From: Azolla caroliniana
Taxonomy: Eukaryota > Plantae > Polypodiophyta
Assembly (NCBI GenBank): GCA_043228905.1
Contig: JBHGNT010000004.1
Location: 7,626,001 to 7,690,000 of the forward strand
Direction of reading: 5' to 3'
Length of the DNA stretch: 64,000 nt
Part shown: piece by piece, positions 9,129-21,000 of the stretch
How the letters are laid out: each line of letters opens with the position of its first letter
Position numbering within the stretch: position 1 is the first letter of the stretch
Made by a program: the position numbers and the translations under genes
The notes under the pieces: generated by a model
What the model saw: only the letters and a program-made list of their open reading frames with translations
Databases searched by the model: none
Told to the model about the DNA's origin: nothing

Positions 9129-12100
9129 CAGTGTTGGGCAAAGTTTGTAGCCCCTACCGGAAATTTTCCTGCTTCTCATGAACCTAACCGGAATTTTAAA
9201 ATTTTGGCCGGCCACGTTCCTACCAACGACAATGTCAACCGGAACATGTTGAAATTTTTTTTGGCCACATAACCAAAAAAAAATCTAATGCAATACAAAA
9301 TCAAATCAATCACAAAATTTTGGAACCCAAAAACTAAAGATATATATTTACCAAAAAATATTCTAACTCTATAAACATAATTCACTTTTCAAACCTTTAT
9401 AAAGTAGCATTAACAACATTAGATCAAATTAGATGTAATATATAGAAAGTTCCAAAACAAAATCGATCACATTTATAAAGTTTTAATCTATATCTTCTAT
9501 GAAGTCCTCGATCTCATCATCATGCTCCTGAGATGTTCCTGTAAAAATATGACGATATGCCTTGCTTTCTCGCCACAACAAAATGCTAGCATTGAAGTCA
9601 TGTTCTTCTAGTTCAGGTCCTTCAATAGTTCAGGTCCTTCAATAGAGATTTACAAATGGGAGGAATGGACAGAAATTGATTTGCAATGGTATGAAGTGTT
9701 AATTCATGCACATAAAGATAACTTACACAAGGTAACTTACCCTTATACTTGAAAGTTCAAGGTCAGTTGATGAGATAGGTAAAAACATCCAACATGTTTA
9801 TTGTCTCGATAACATCCCCTTTTACTTTGTTCAAAGAAGAACTCCCCAAGGACAACATGTGTTTCTAAAATTATACATACATAGAGACATGCATCCCCTA
9901 AACCCTTGTCATCTTGGTGATGAGTTTTGGTATATCTCTTCTCAATGGGCAGGCAATTCGATTAATTGAACATATGTGACCCATGTCATCTTAATGATCA
10001 CTTTAGGTATTCTCTTCTTAGTGGACAAGCAATTTGATTAATTGGAGCTAACTATAATTTTTTCGCATGTAGTAGTACTCTTTGTCATCTACTATCCAAT
10101 TTAGTGAAGTTAAGGGATCCCCTCATTAGTCTCTAAATGGAACTGCAATAGGGTCATGTCCTGAAGTTACCAACAACATACAAATGATTAGCCTTATCCA
10201 TGCGTGTACTTCAATCACTTTGTCCTATGGGGCATCAACATGCTTGCATAAGCCTCACAAAGGGGCCTTTTGCACTTCATCCTGCATTTCATCTCTTCAC
10301 GACAACGAGCATAAACCGACATATAACAAATCTTATGTGACAAATCATGGGAGGTTATCTAATGATCGGCATTCTAAATCATGATAGTAATCCATTGGGT
10401 CACGCTTGATGCTTTGAAAGAGATTAGGTAATGACTAATGTATAGATTAGGATTAGGCTATTAGGAAGTAAAAGATAAAAAAGGGAAATGGACTGTATAG
10501 AGGGCATTGGATTACAATGGCAATGGTATTGGCAATGGCAATGGCTATGGTAATGCCCACATCAATGGCAATGGAATTGGTGATGCTAATGATCATTCCG
10601 TGGGAGAAGATCACAAAGGCATCCATCTACTCATAGGTACTACTACAGTTACTACTACTACTACTCAAGTTCAATGCCCACCTTCACCCCTTGGTGGACA
10701 CTTTGCTAGGAGCAAGAGCGTCGGAAGCGTGTCTATCTTATCTTCGAATGTGCCGATGCATAACCACCATGTTATTAGCCCCAAGCCGCCGTCTCGCAAC
10801 GGCGCGACTCGCCTCCTCAAGTGGTTCAAGAAGACATTCAGCAGTAAGCCCAAGAAATGAAGAGAAAAGAAGTCCCTCTCCCCTCCTCCCTCCCCCTTTA
10901 CTATCAATGATTAGTATCCAATGGTTTGTATAAAGGAACTCCATTATCTAGCTCTAATGGGTAATGGTTAGTGATTAATGGGTAGTTTGGTAATCTGTGG
11001 ATGGAAGTTTGGATGATCCATCTATCATTGGGTAATTCAGATATAATGAAACCATGATTAATGGGAGTAACATGTCATATATGCCTATGGGCATTGGGTA
11101 ATGTATCTCAACATATATATGCTTATGATCCTCACTAATCACCACCACTATTCTAAATATGCCTCCAAATTGTCCATTGGATTCATTCTTGCATCATTTA
11201 GTGTATCTAATCTCTGTACAAGACTATGTAATGCGAGGGTTTATTGTCTTTTCATGTCAATGAATCTGGCCATCATTCCACTGGCTAAGGGAGAAACATT
11301 TGCCAGAACCTATCATACATAAAGTTTGGGGAATTACTTTCCTTAATGTCATTAACCAACATTGAAAGATCAATTAAAGCCCTCCAAAACCCAATCAATC
11401 ATACAATTCCATTAGTTGGTCATCACTAAGTCTAGCGAGATCTCAACAACTGAATTACCTCTCTATATTGAAGTTTGCAAAGGACCTTGGGTTATAGTTT
11501 GAACTATATTTAGCTATGTTGCATGCTTTTTTTTTTATGATGGTTTTGTATATACCTTATATGTAATGCATGGATATGCACATCTGAGTCACCACAGTTC
11601 TACGTCACAAACAAAATTATACACAGAAATTCGAGAAGAGAAGTAAAAAAAATCGACCTGATGAAGAGAAAACAAAGGAAATTTCCCGCAGAAAGTTCTG
11701 TAAGGGAATGATGGAGAATACCTGGAGTGTAAGCACCAAGTCCAGTTAGAGCATTTCCATATGAAGGTTGAAAGAGAGTGACGTAGTCTGTTCCAGGAGG
11801 GGTAGATGAAGCAGAAGAAGAAGAAGAAGGAGCAGAAGACGAAGACGAAAGCAAATAATGAACAGGGATCAAGAAACGTGACTATTTGCAGAGTCGAGAG
11901 GGAAGAAAGGGGGAAAGAGGGGGAAAGAGGGGGAAAGTTAAATCTATATATTTGTTATATATACATACCTATATTTTTAAAAAACTATATAACTAGCCGG
12001 TTGAAAAAATATCAACCGGCTAGATTCCTGTTGGTAGGATAACCTGGCCGGAATCAATTCCGGCATTCCCCCACCTTGGCCGGCAAAAGTCCCAATGCAA

Positions 12101-12141
12101 CCGGAAGGCTGACACTGTTCCTGGGACTTTGCCCAACACTG
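9129..12141 (-). mobile_element. Non-autonomous hAT DNA transposon (3013 bp) with transposase end remnants and ~1.9 kb of foreign internal DNA
   Basis: Perfect 16-bp TIRs CAGTGTTGGGCAAAGT (9129-9144 / 12126-12141), 8-bp TSD GTCGTGGC (9121-9128 / 12142-12149), and clustered subterminal (A)CCGG motifs at both ends. The minus strand at ~9650-9490 encodes ISIEGPELEEHDFNASILLWRESKAYRHIF, like the C-terminus of ZNF862-type hAT transposases. Confidence 0.93.
10501..10860 (+). other. Putative captured host exon or gene fragment inside the hAT element (unknown protein)
   Basis: A 119-codon open frame follows an AG at 10499-10500. It has NG repeats, a Thr run, PPSP, FARSKSVGS and a basic LLKWFKKTFSSKPKK end. 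Plant-protein-like composition, with no in-frame ATG near the start. Confidence 0.5.
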
Positions 12142-14778
12142 GTCGTGGCCACAAACTTGGATTTGTGATTGGGTGATTGTATCTTGACATTGAAGAACAT
12201 CAGCATATTATCATCTACTTTAGGTAATCTTGCATCTCTCGCACATTTGAACGTGACACATCCATCGTCAGTAAGTTATCTTGCCTGAAGATGATTAGGG
12301 GTGGTATATCACAAGGAGGTGGAGACAATTTTCGTGCACTTGAATCTAAATTCATATTGTGTATAGGATAAAAAAACTAATTAGAATCAATCAAACATCA
12401 TTTTTCACTTGTGTAGCAAGAGGATTGCAGAATCGGAATATGGTGTCACGAAGCCACTCTTTATGAACAAGACCACTTGGGCACTTTTTTGTAAAGAAGT
12501 GTGTTTAAATATGCAAGCCCCACAAAAAAGGTATGTCTCCTCGATTTTTATCATGTTAGTCAGTATACTTTCTTGTATATTATATTCTAGTATATTGTAT
12601 CGTTGAGTCTGTGATTTTGTGTTCTCTAATAGAAAGTTGTTGTAGTTCATGTACACATGGGCCATGTTTCCCACTTGGGAAGAGGCGACATACAAGGGTT
12701 TAAGGCCCATTTCGTAAGTGTAAATTTGTGTTTCAAGATTTTCTTTTGTGAAAACATAAAATTTTAAGTAGACCTACTTAATGTTTTTTTTTGTAGATAA
12801 AAGTTTATGGCACTCACCTATCATGGATGAGAATAAAAAAGTCGCATACAAAGGGTATAAAAATTTGACAACCACGTATCCTCCACCGAATCCGATGGTA
12901 AATGCATTTTACAAAACATTTCATTTTACATAATCCTAATAATTATTATTTCATTCTCTCTTAATTACATTTTTTACTCCTATACTTTTACATGTTCTGG
13001 AAATTCATGGAATTGAAGATGTCCTTGAGGTCGATGGAGACGAATAAACACCCACTGAACAAGGATTCAAGAATATTGTGGAGTTTCTCATAAGTGAATA
13101 AACACCCACTGAAGTTATGAAGAGGAAAGTTTGTAAGAAACAAGGACAAAGATGAGCATGTCAAACAAGAGATGGAGATGGTGTAGGATTAAAGAATCTA
13201 AATATATTCTATTAAATTGGGAATACAAGATTTTATTTACCAAAGTTACAATATTCCACCGTGAAGATGACACTTTATCTTAGCCAAACTCCAACTTGAT
13301 TGACTTTGATCTTGTTGAAAAACCTTTGCCCATGAGGTGGGTTCTGCTTTGGATTGGTCGACATTGTGATGGAAAGGTGAGGTCAATTGAACACAAAAAA
13401 TATCGACACATCTACGGTATTACCAAAAATCCTAATCAAAAGCTAGTGACAATGGTGCAAAACATGTGTCCCTCATGCACAGATAGGGCATAGACAAGCA
13501 TTGAGCCTCTCTCCCAAGATGAGATTGAGGAGTTAAAAAATAAATTGGAAAGATGTTTTGTTGAGTTAGGTCTCAAACATACAACCTTCACGATAGATTT
13601 GATATGCTACAACAATACATCACAACAAATGATTGACAATATAACACATTTTTTATGCTTATTAAGTCATCGTGTATTTAGTATGCCTAAAGTCGTTTCC
13701 TGTTTTTTTGGAATAAGAAGAAACCGTTTCTTGAACTTAAATTTATAAAGAATGTTATCCTAATGGGCCTCACTTTGTGATTGGTATATAATGTTATAGG
13801 TAAGCCTCATGACACTTGTAATACTATTTGAATTTGTTTTCATATTTTGTAGCAATTGCTTCACCACACCCACCCACTCTAACATACAAGTATGCAAGTT
13901 CACTCTTTTGATCTTCAATACTCCGTAAATTAATTACTACCTTATTGTTATCAGTAATTATTATAGTAGTGCAACTAGGTAATGTTGCACACACATCGCC
14001 TTTACTACTCCTAACTTGGGCTTTTGATTGCTCTTTGGCCCATCACAACCCCAAGCCTTCTAATTCCTATGCACTTGATGGTCATGAAGGTGCTTTTTAT
14101 TTTGTGGTTGGGATACTAACGGTAGGGAATTGAATTGACTCTCCTCCATCTTCACTTTTGATGCAAATGCTGATCCCTTTTCTATCAATTCTGTCTCTCC
14201 ATTCTTACTACAATGATATCGGGTTGATCGGCAAAATGATTGGTTGGAATGGTTTCTCTTGAGAAAACAATTCTGATCAACCAAGTGGACCGAGAACAAC
14301 AGATTGGTGATCCAACCAAGGATCAAGCAGAATGAATAGTAAATAGTGTAGGGAGGAGAACGACAAATTGTGACCGAATAACGATGAGGATTTATGAGAC
14401 CAATAGGCACAATCTAATGTTTGGCATAGAGACAAACAATATTATTAGGTCGAAGGGTGGCTTTTGAACATAGTAGTAGTAATAATAATAGTAATAATAA
14501 TAAAAACAATAATAATGATAATGATGTATGTATGTGTGAGTCTAAATAGATTGCCCAAGTTGAGTGGGAGAGAGAGAGAGAGGCCGGGAGGGTGGTGGAT
14601 GACGTGGAGCATGGCAGCCAATGGGAGACGAGTAAAATAAGGATTTATTTCTTTATTACTACCCTTTTCTTGCTTTATTTATTTATTTATTATTACCTTC
14701 GTCGCCTTTGTGTCATGCAAAACTTTGGTGCAAAGTTTTGCACCCCACCCCTCCTTCCATCTCTTCCCTCATCATTTC

Positions 14779-14809
14779 TAGGGTTAGGGTTAGGGTTAGG
14801 GTTAGGGTT
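14779..14809 (+). repeat. Short telomere-like (TTAGGG) array in the katanin promoter/5' UTR region
   Basis: Five perfect TAGGGT units ~200 bp upstream of the ATG. Confidence 0.85.
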
Positions 14810-15012
14810 GGTCTCCAGTTTCTCTTATTCCATTTCTCTCTGATGTTCACTGCGGAGGCATGAAATAAATCATTTCCTTCTCCGCCAGTCGCTCAATCGG
14901 CTTCTCCAATGCTCACTGTTAGGGTTCCTTCTTCTCCGAAAATGAACCACAATTAATTCGTAAAGCATCCCCCTACCAATATTTTCAACAGTTCAACAGA
15001 TCCTCGGATACG

Positions 15013-18000
15013 ATGGATCGTTCCTACAAACTCCGTATCCTTCCTAATTTCTTCCGTTTTGGGTTTTTTTCTTCTCATATTTTGTTTCTATTTATGTGTA
15101 GAATATGATCGTGCCATATCTCTGGCATCAAATTCTTCCTTCTGTTGTCATTTTGCTAAATTGCTTACAAGTCCTGTACACTAAAGAGAATTTGATGCGA
15201 GTGCAAAAGAAAAAAAAAAGAACAAGAGAATTTGATTAGTCATGTATAGATCTTTTAAATTTTTTTCCCCCTTCCTTAACGAAATATTGTGCTAGAGGAA
15301 TTTGTTGCCCATGGTGGCTCGAATGTGACTTGTTTGAAAATAGGTAAGAAGACATCGAGAATGATTGTTACAGGAGGGGAGGATCATAAAGTAAACACGT
15401 GGGCTGTTGCTAGACCTGATCGTGTCATGGTAATTCTATCAATTTTTGGAAAATCTTCGCTGTAATGTGTGTACAATTGTATGAAATTCAAGTATTTTCT
15501 GATTTTTCTTGACATATTATTGTGTAATCCATTCCATGCTTTCAATCTGAAAACCCAAGGTAAAGTTTTATCTTCTCACGGACATTTGCACTCACAAATC
15601 ACGGAGTTTAAAATATGAATTAACGTTAATGAACCCCATGCGTAAAATCGTAAGATCAAGGTAATATTTTTATGTCAAAATTTTCCTCCATGAATCATGC
15701 AATTTCAAATTCAAATAAATATGAACCTATGCCTTAATAACCTTAAACCTAAGGTTAGCTCCTCTGTTTTTAGATGACATATTGTATTCATGAGTCGTGA
15801 AGTTATTGATTTGAATATGGACTCCCCTCATATTTTTCTAATTACTCTATAAGTTGTGTACATGTTATGAACATTTTGTTTATAGTTTTGCCAGTTTGTG
15901 TATATCTTTCAGTTTTTGGTAACCTTTGAAACATTTGAGGGAGGATTTCAAAGCGCAGAATTGGGGTTTGCATAAAGCACTAATTATTATAATTTGCATC
16001 AATTTTCGTACAATATGTAAGCCATATATATTGGTTAATGTTCTTCTCAGAGCTTATCTGGACACTCAAGTACTGTGAATTCGGTTACCTTTGATAATGA
16101 AGAAGCACTGGTTGCTGCTGGATCTGCAAGTGGAGCAATCAAGTTATGGGATTTGGAAGAAGCAAAAAGTAAGCTAGCTAATTATAAACATAGCCCAATG
16201 ACATTTCCAAAATGTAACAGTTTACTTTAATTTTGGCAATCATTGCAGTTGTCAGAACCCTAAGTGGACACCGTTTGAATTGTATTGCGATGGACTTTCA
16301 TCCATTCGGAGAATTTTTCGCATCTGGTTCGCGTGATACCAATCTTAAGATATGGGATATTAGGCGCAAACGCTGCATCCATACTTACAAAGGACATGAT
16401 CGTGGTATTAATGCAGTCAAGTTTAGTCCTGATGGTCGTTGGGTGGTCTCAGGGGGAGAGGACAATGTGGCAAAAGTGTGCACACGCTCTCTCACCTTTT
16501 GTGTCCGCATGTCCATGTCTAATACATATTATGATGCACATTATTTCTTTGCTTTGTACTTGCACCTTGGTAATATCTTTCACCCTTTATGCAATCATGT
16601 GATAATTGCGATCTTGATATCTCTTAGTGCTCCGATTTTTTGCTTTTTAATCTCAGGAAGCTGAGAAATCTTCTCAAATGATCTTTTAAAGATGTCACTT
16701 CTTTCTTTCTTTCTTTCTTCGGTTCATAGGTTTTCAATAAAAGCTACATATTGGCATTTTCGGATAAACATCAAGGATAGTGTTCTATCTTCTTATGTGG
16801 TATGATTTAATTCTTTGTTTGATTTGGAGTGTTTTATAGGTATGGGATTTAACAGCTGGCAAGCTAATGCATGACTTCACGTGTCATCAAGGTCAAATTT
16901 TGTGTGTAGAGTTTCATCCACATGAATTTCTATTGGCTACAGGTGATTTTATAATTTCATCTTGAGTAATAATATATTCTTTTTAACAAGCATATATTGA
17001 AAATATTTTATTGTTATTGTAATTAAAGTATACATTTTCAATATGGACTTTTGTGAATGTGTTATTGAATCCTAGAAAAGTATTTGCATATCATTGGAGA
17101 TTGTTAATCCTAACTAAAGCGACAAGCTGTCAAACCAAAGGCAACGTAAATAACCACGTTCAAGAAATTAGATCACAATGAAGATTAAGTGTTAGAGCCA
17201 AGGATATTAATGTATGCCATATTTGAGCTTTTGAATCCAAATATGGGCTATGGCTGACTAGGAAACAAGTGATGAAAATTTGTGGATTACTATGACTTTC
17301 TAGAATTTTGTGCCCAATCTAGTCATTAGTGGCAACTATCTTGTCATTGCTTCCGTGCTAAGGGTTGGAGTAGGTGTTATAGGCATGACCATAACTTATC
17401 GCAGGATTGTTTTTAGTGTAGTTTTGTACATGCGTGGATGACAAATTTGAGGGTTAAATTGAGAATATAAAGAAAGGAGGATTACTTTTAATCTTGAGGG
17501 TTGGGAGAACCTTCAAGGGCCTAGTGTGAACTGGACATGGGCCTTGGTTCTTGTTTTAAATATGAGACCTAAATAACCTCATACAACAGTCTAAGGCATC
17601 TTGCACCAAAATCATCATGGTTGTAGTTATTTAGCCATGACATATGACACAATCAGGGCGACCAAGGGTAAAAACAAAACTTTTTTATGGAAGGATGGTG
17701 GTAATGTCTTTCCCACCAATATATGGAGATGGATACCACGATCCAAAAACCTTTAAAAAGGACATCATCCGACGTATGTTAGCCATACGATTGTATGTGG
17801 ATGGGTGCATAAGTGTGTGAGTTTTTGTATGAAGTCTTGTTGTAAAAGTATGTGCACATGTGCACAAGAGTGAGTGTGAGTATGTTCGTATGTGTATGAA
17901 CACATGCACACAAATGTGCATGTGTGTAGATATGAAAGAGTGTAAGTAAGTTGTGTGTGTCATGGCTAGAGGGATTTGTCTACGTCGAGTTTGTGATCGT

Positions 18001-21000
18001 GTGGTGAATAGACTCTTGTGTCAAGCACACATGGTGCCGAGTACAACTCAAAGCCCATATGAGGTGGCATGGAATGCCATTTAGATCTTGGGCTTGTCCC
18101 AATTCCTTCGTTGGGGCTGCTTGGGTGGATTTGTATCCTTCTTTCTCAAATTGTTGTGCACATAGGCCCTGGCCCCACGAACCATGACCCTAACACCCGT
18201 GTCATCGATAGATAAAGGCCATTAATCCCTGCCATTGTAGGTGCTTCGCTTGCTTTGGAGGCCTCTCCATTTTTGTTCAACCTATGCTAAAGATCTTTCG
18301 AAGACAAAAGTTGTAATATATCTAACTTGAGAATCTCACATGTGCCAAAAACCAAATTCTTTCGTCTCTTTTTATCTTATTTACTTTTATATTTATTGAG
18401 TAATATTTATTTTATTTTGATTTGTTGTTCTCAAAGATGAGACAACACTTAAGATGTAGTCTCTTGTTTAGTCTTATCGGCCATTTTGGCCTCGTAAAAG
18501 ACGTTAATATATTTTTCTTTCTGTTTGCTCTTTCATTTTTTATCTATTTACTTCTTGGGAGAGGAAAAGGTGGCATACACACACTTCTACACATCCCTAG
18601 GAGTAACATTTATAGGGTCTAGGTTCTCCTTATGGGAGGCTACTTGTGTTAGACTTTCTTGTGGATATGCAACCAATGGTTCGCAAAAGACAATGCGCAC
18701 ATTTGCCTCTCCAAGAGGCATGATCTAAATTGTGGGTATGTCATACACTTCTAACGCCAACTCTTCTCTTGAGAGTAGAAACATGGGGATTGAATCTTAA
18801 CAAGGCAAATAACTTGAAAGATTTAGAGAGACCTTTAGTGTCAACGATTGCCCGCATAATAAGGAGCAAAGCATTGGTGCCCCATGATATAATTGGGGCA
18901 AAGGTTGGAGCGGCCTCTATAATCATCAAGGTATTATTTTGATCGGTGACCTCTATCCAACGACTTTGGGATCTCCCTAAAGGAAAGTAGTCAAGGTTGG
19001 CACTTACGTCATAAAACTTGCTAAACATGGAGATATTCATTGTTGGGGTGCTGAAATGCAACAATGGTTTGAGTGACATGGCATAACATAAATGCACTAC
19101 TGCCATTCCAGTATAGCTTGGACTATCCCCATCTACACATACCAAAGTGGAAAATAATAGAGCGATCCCTATTGTTTTCAAGATGGCCCACTATAAGACA
19201 CTCTTTTTACAAATTTAGAAGGTGGATTTATCATCAAGCCATCTTAATATATTGACATACATTATTGTAGGCATTGGATAGCGTAATAGGTCAACTGTAA
19301 AATCCATCACATCGGTTAGAGATTGAGGTAGGTAGATATGCATGGCTACCTCGAGAACAAAGAATTTACCAATTGTGCCATTAGGGAGTGGAATTTGAGG
19401 AACACTATCTCATTGTAATGTTTTTTATGAAATAAGAGGCGTTAAACAAGGTGTGGCCCACCAAGCAAGGTAATGGAATATGAGGACCAATGTGCTTGAA
19501 ACTTTCCTTGCTAGAACTTAAGAGACATAGGAAAAGTTGAAGAACAACAATATAGCCACACGAGACCATCCACAAAGGCCCACTACATAAGGTAATGGAA
19601 TATGAAAACCAACAATGCTTGGGACCTTTCTTGCTAGAACTCAAAAGACACAAAGAAAAGTTGTTCAAGGACAACAATACAACCATAGAAAATCATCCAC
19701 AAAAAACAATTGCAATTTTCTTTAGCTCCATTGCTCCTACTAATACTACAAGTGAATCAAGGCATGGGTACTTGACCAGGATATAACAAAGGGGTTACAT
19801 ATAGATCGGGTAATAGCAATTTGTCATGCATGTAAGTCCTAGCCCCATGGATCACGATCTCCCCACCCTTGTCATTAGAAAATAAAGGGAATTATCTCCT
19901 GCCATAGCAGGTGCTTCCCTTGCTTCAGAGACATCTCCATTTTGGGTCGACTTATGCTAGAGATATTTTGAAGACAAAAATTACAATATATCTTACTTGA
20001 GAATCTTACTTTGATGATAACAAGATTCTTTAAATCTCTTTTTATCTTATTTACTTTGTGTTACTTGGTGACATTTATTTATTCGATTTGTTGTTCTCAA
20101 AACTGAGCCAATTACAGTTAAGTTGTAATCTCTTGTTTGGTCTTATAGGGCATTTTGGCCTCTTAAAGTCACAATAATATTTCTTTCTTTCTTTCATACT
20201 TGCATTAGAGGAATCCTTAATAGTGGTAGCTACCCTAATTCTCGCAAGGTGAGTGAGGACTGTTGTATTATTGCTTTGGGAAATAAGAAAGTCTTTCGTG
20301 CCTCTCTGTGCGGAAGATCAAGAAGCATTCGATTGTTGTTGAGTACCTGCGTATGACAGTTTCTATGTCGTTGCACAGAGAGAGAGAGAGAGAGACAGAG
20401 ACAGAGAGGCACGAAAGACTTTCTTATTTCCCAAAGCAATAATACAACAACCAGATACTGCTTCAAATTCGGCAATGGAGCAATTTCGTGGAAGTCGAAA
20501 CTTCAGGAGTGCACAGCGACCTCAACGACCGAAGCAGAATATGTAGCTGCGTCCGACGCAGCAAAAGAAGCTTTGTGGCTCGGTCGGCTGGCGCACACGT
20601 TTCGACAAGGCAACAGCACCTTGACTGTCGCTGTAGACAACTGGAGCCGAGTCATGGTCGACTTGTCGAAACGTGTGCGCCAGCCGACTGAGCCACAAAG
20701 CTTCTTTTGCTGCGTCGGACGCAGCTACATATTCTGCTTCGGTCGTTGAGGTCGCTGTGCACTCCTGAAGTTTCGACTTCCACGAAATTGCTCCATTGCC
20801 GAATTTGAAGCAGTATTCGGTTGTTGATTTCCGACTGTCTATACAACCGGCGAAGTCCGAGTCGGTGTAACCGACTACGCCTGAGGTTCGGTTCGGACCG
20901 AAAAGAATGCCATGGTCTTTTGTGCCAGCCAGATATCTGAACACATGCTTGACTGCGTTCCAATGCGATCGGCCAGGATTGTGCATAAATCTGCTAACGA

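Noticed and set aside
12150-14460. Short ORFs in AT-rich DNA upstream of KTN80
   Set aside because: No recognisable motifs or splice-consistent structure; probably decayed repeats.
17790-17965. His/Thr-rich minus-strand ORF 17685..17963
   Set aside because: It is a translation of degenerate (TG/TA) microsatellite-like sequence.
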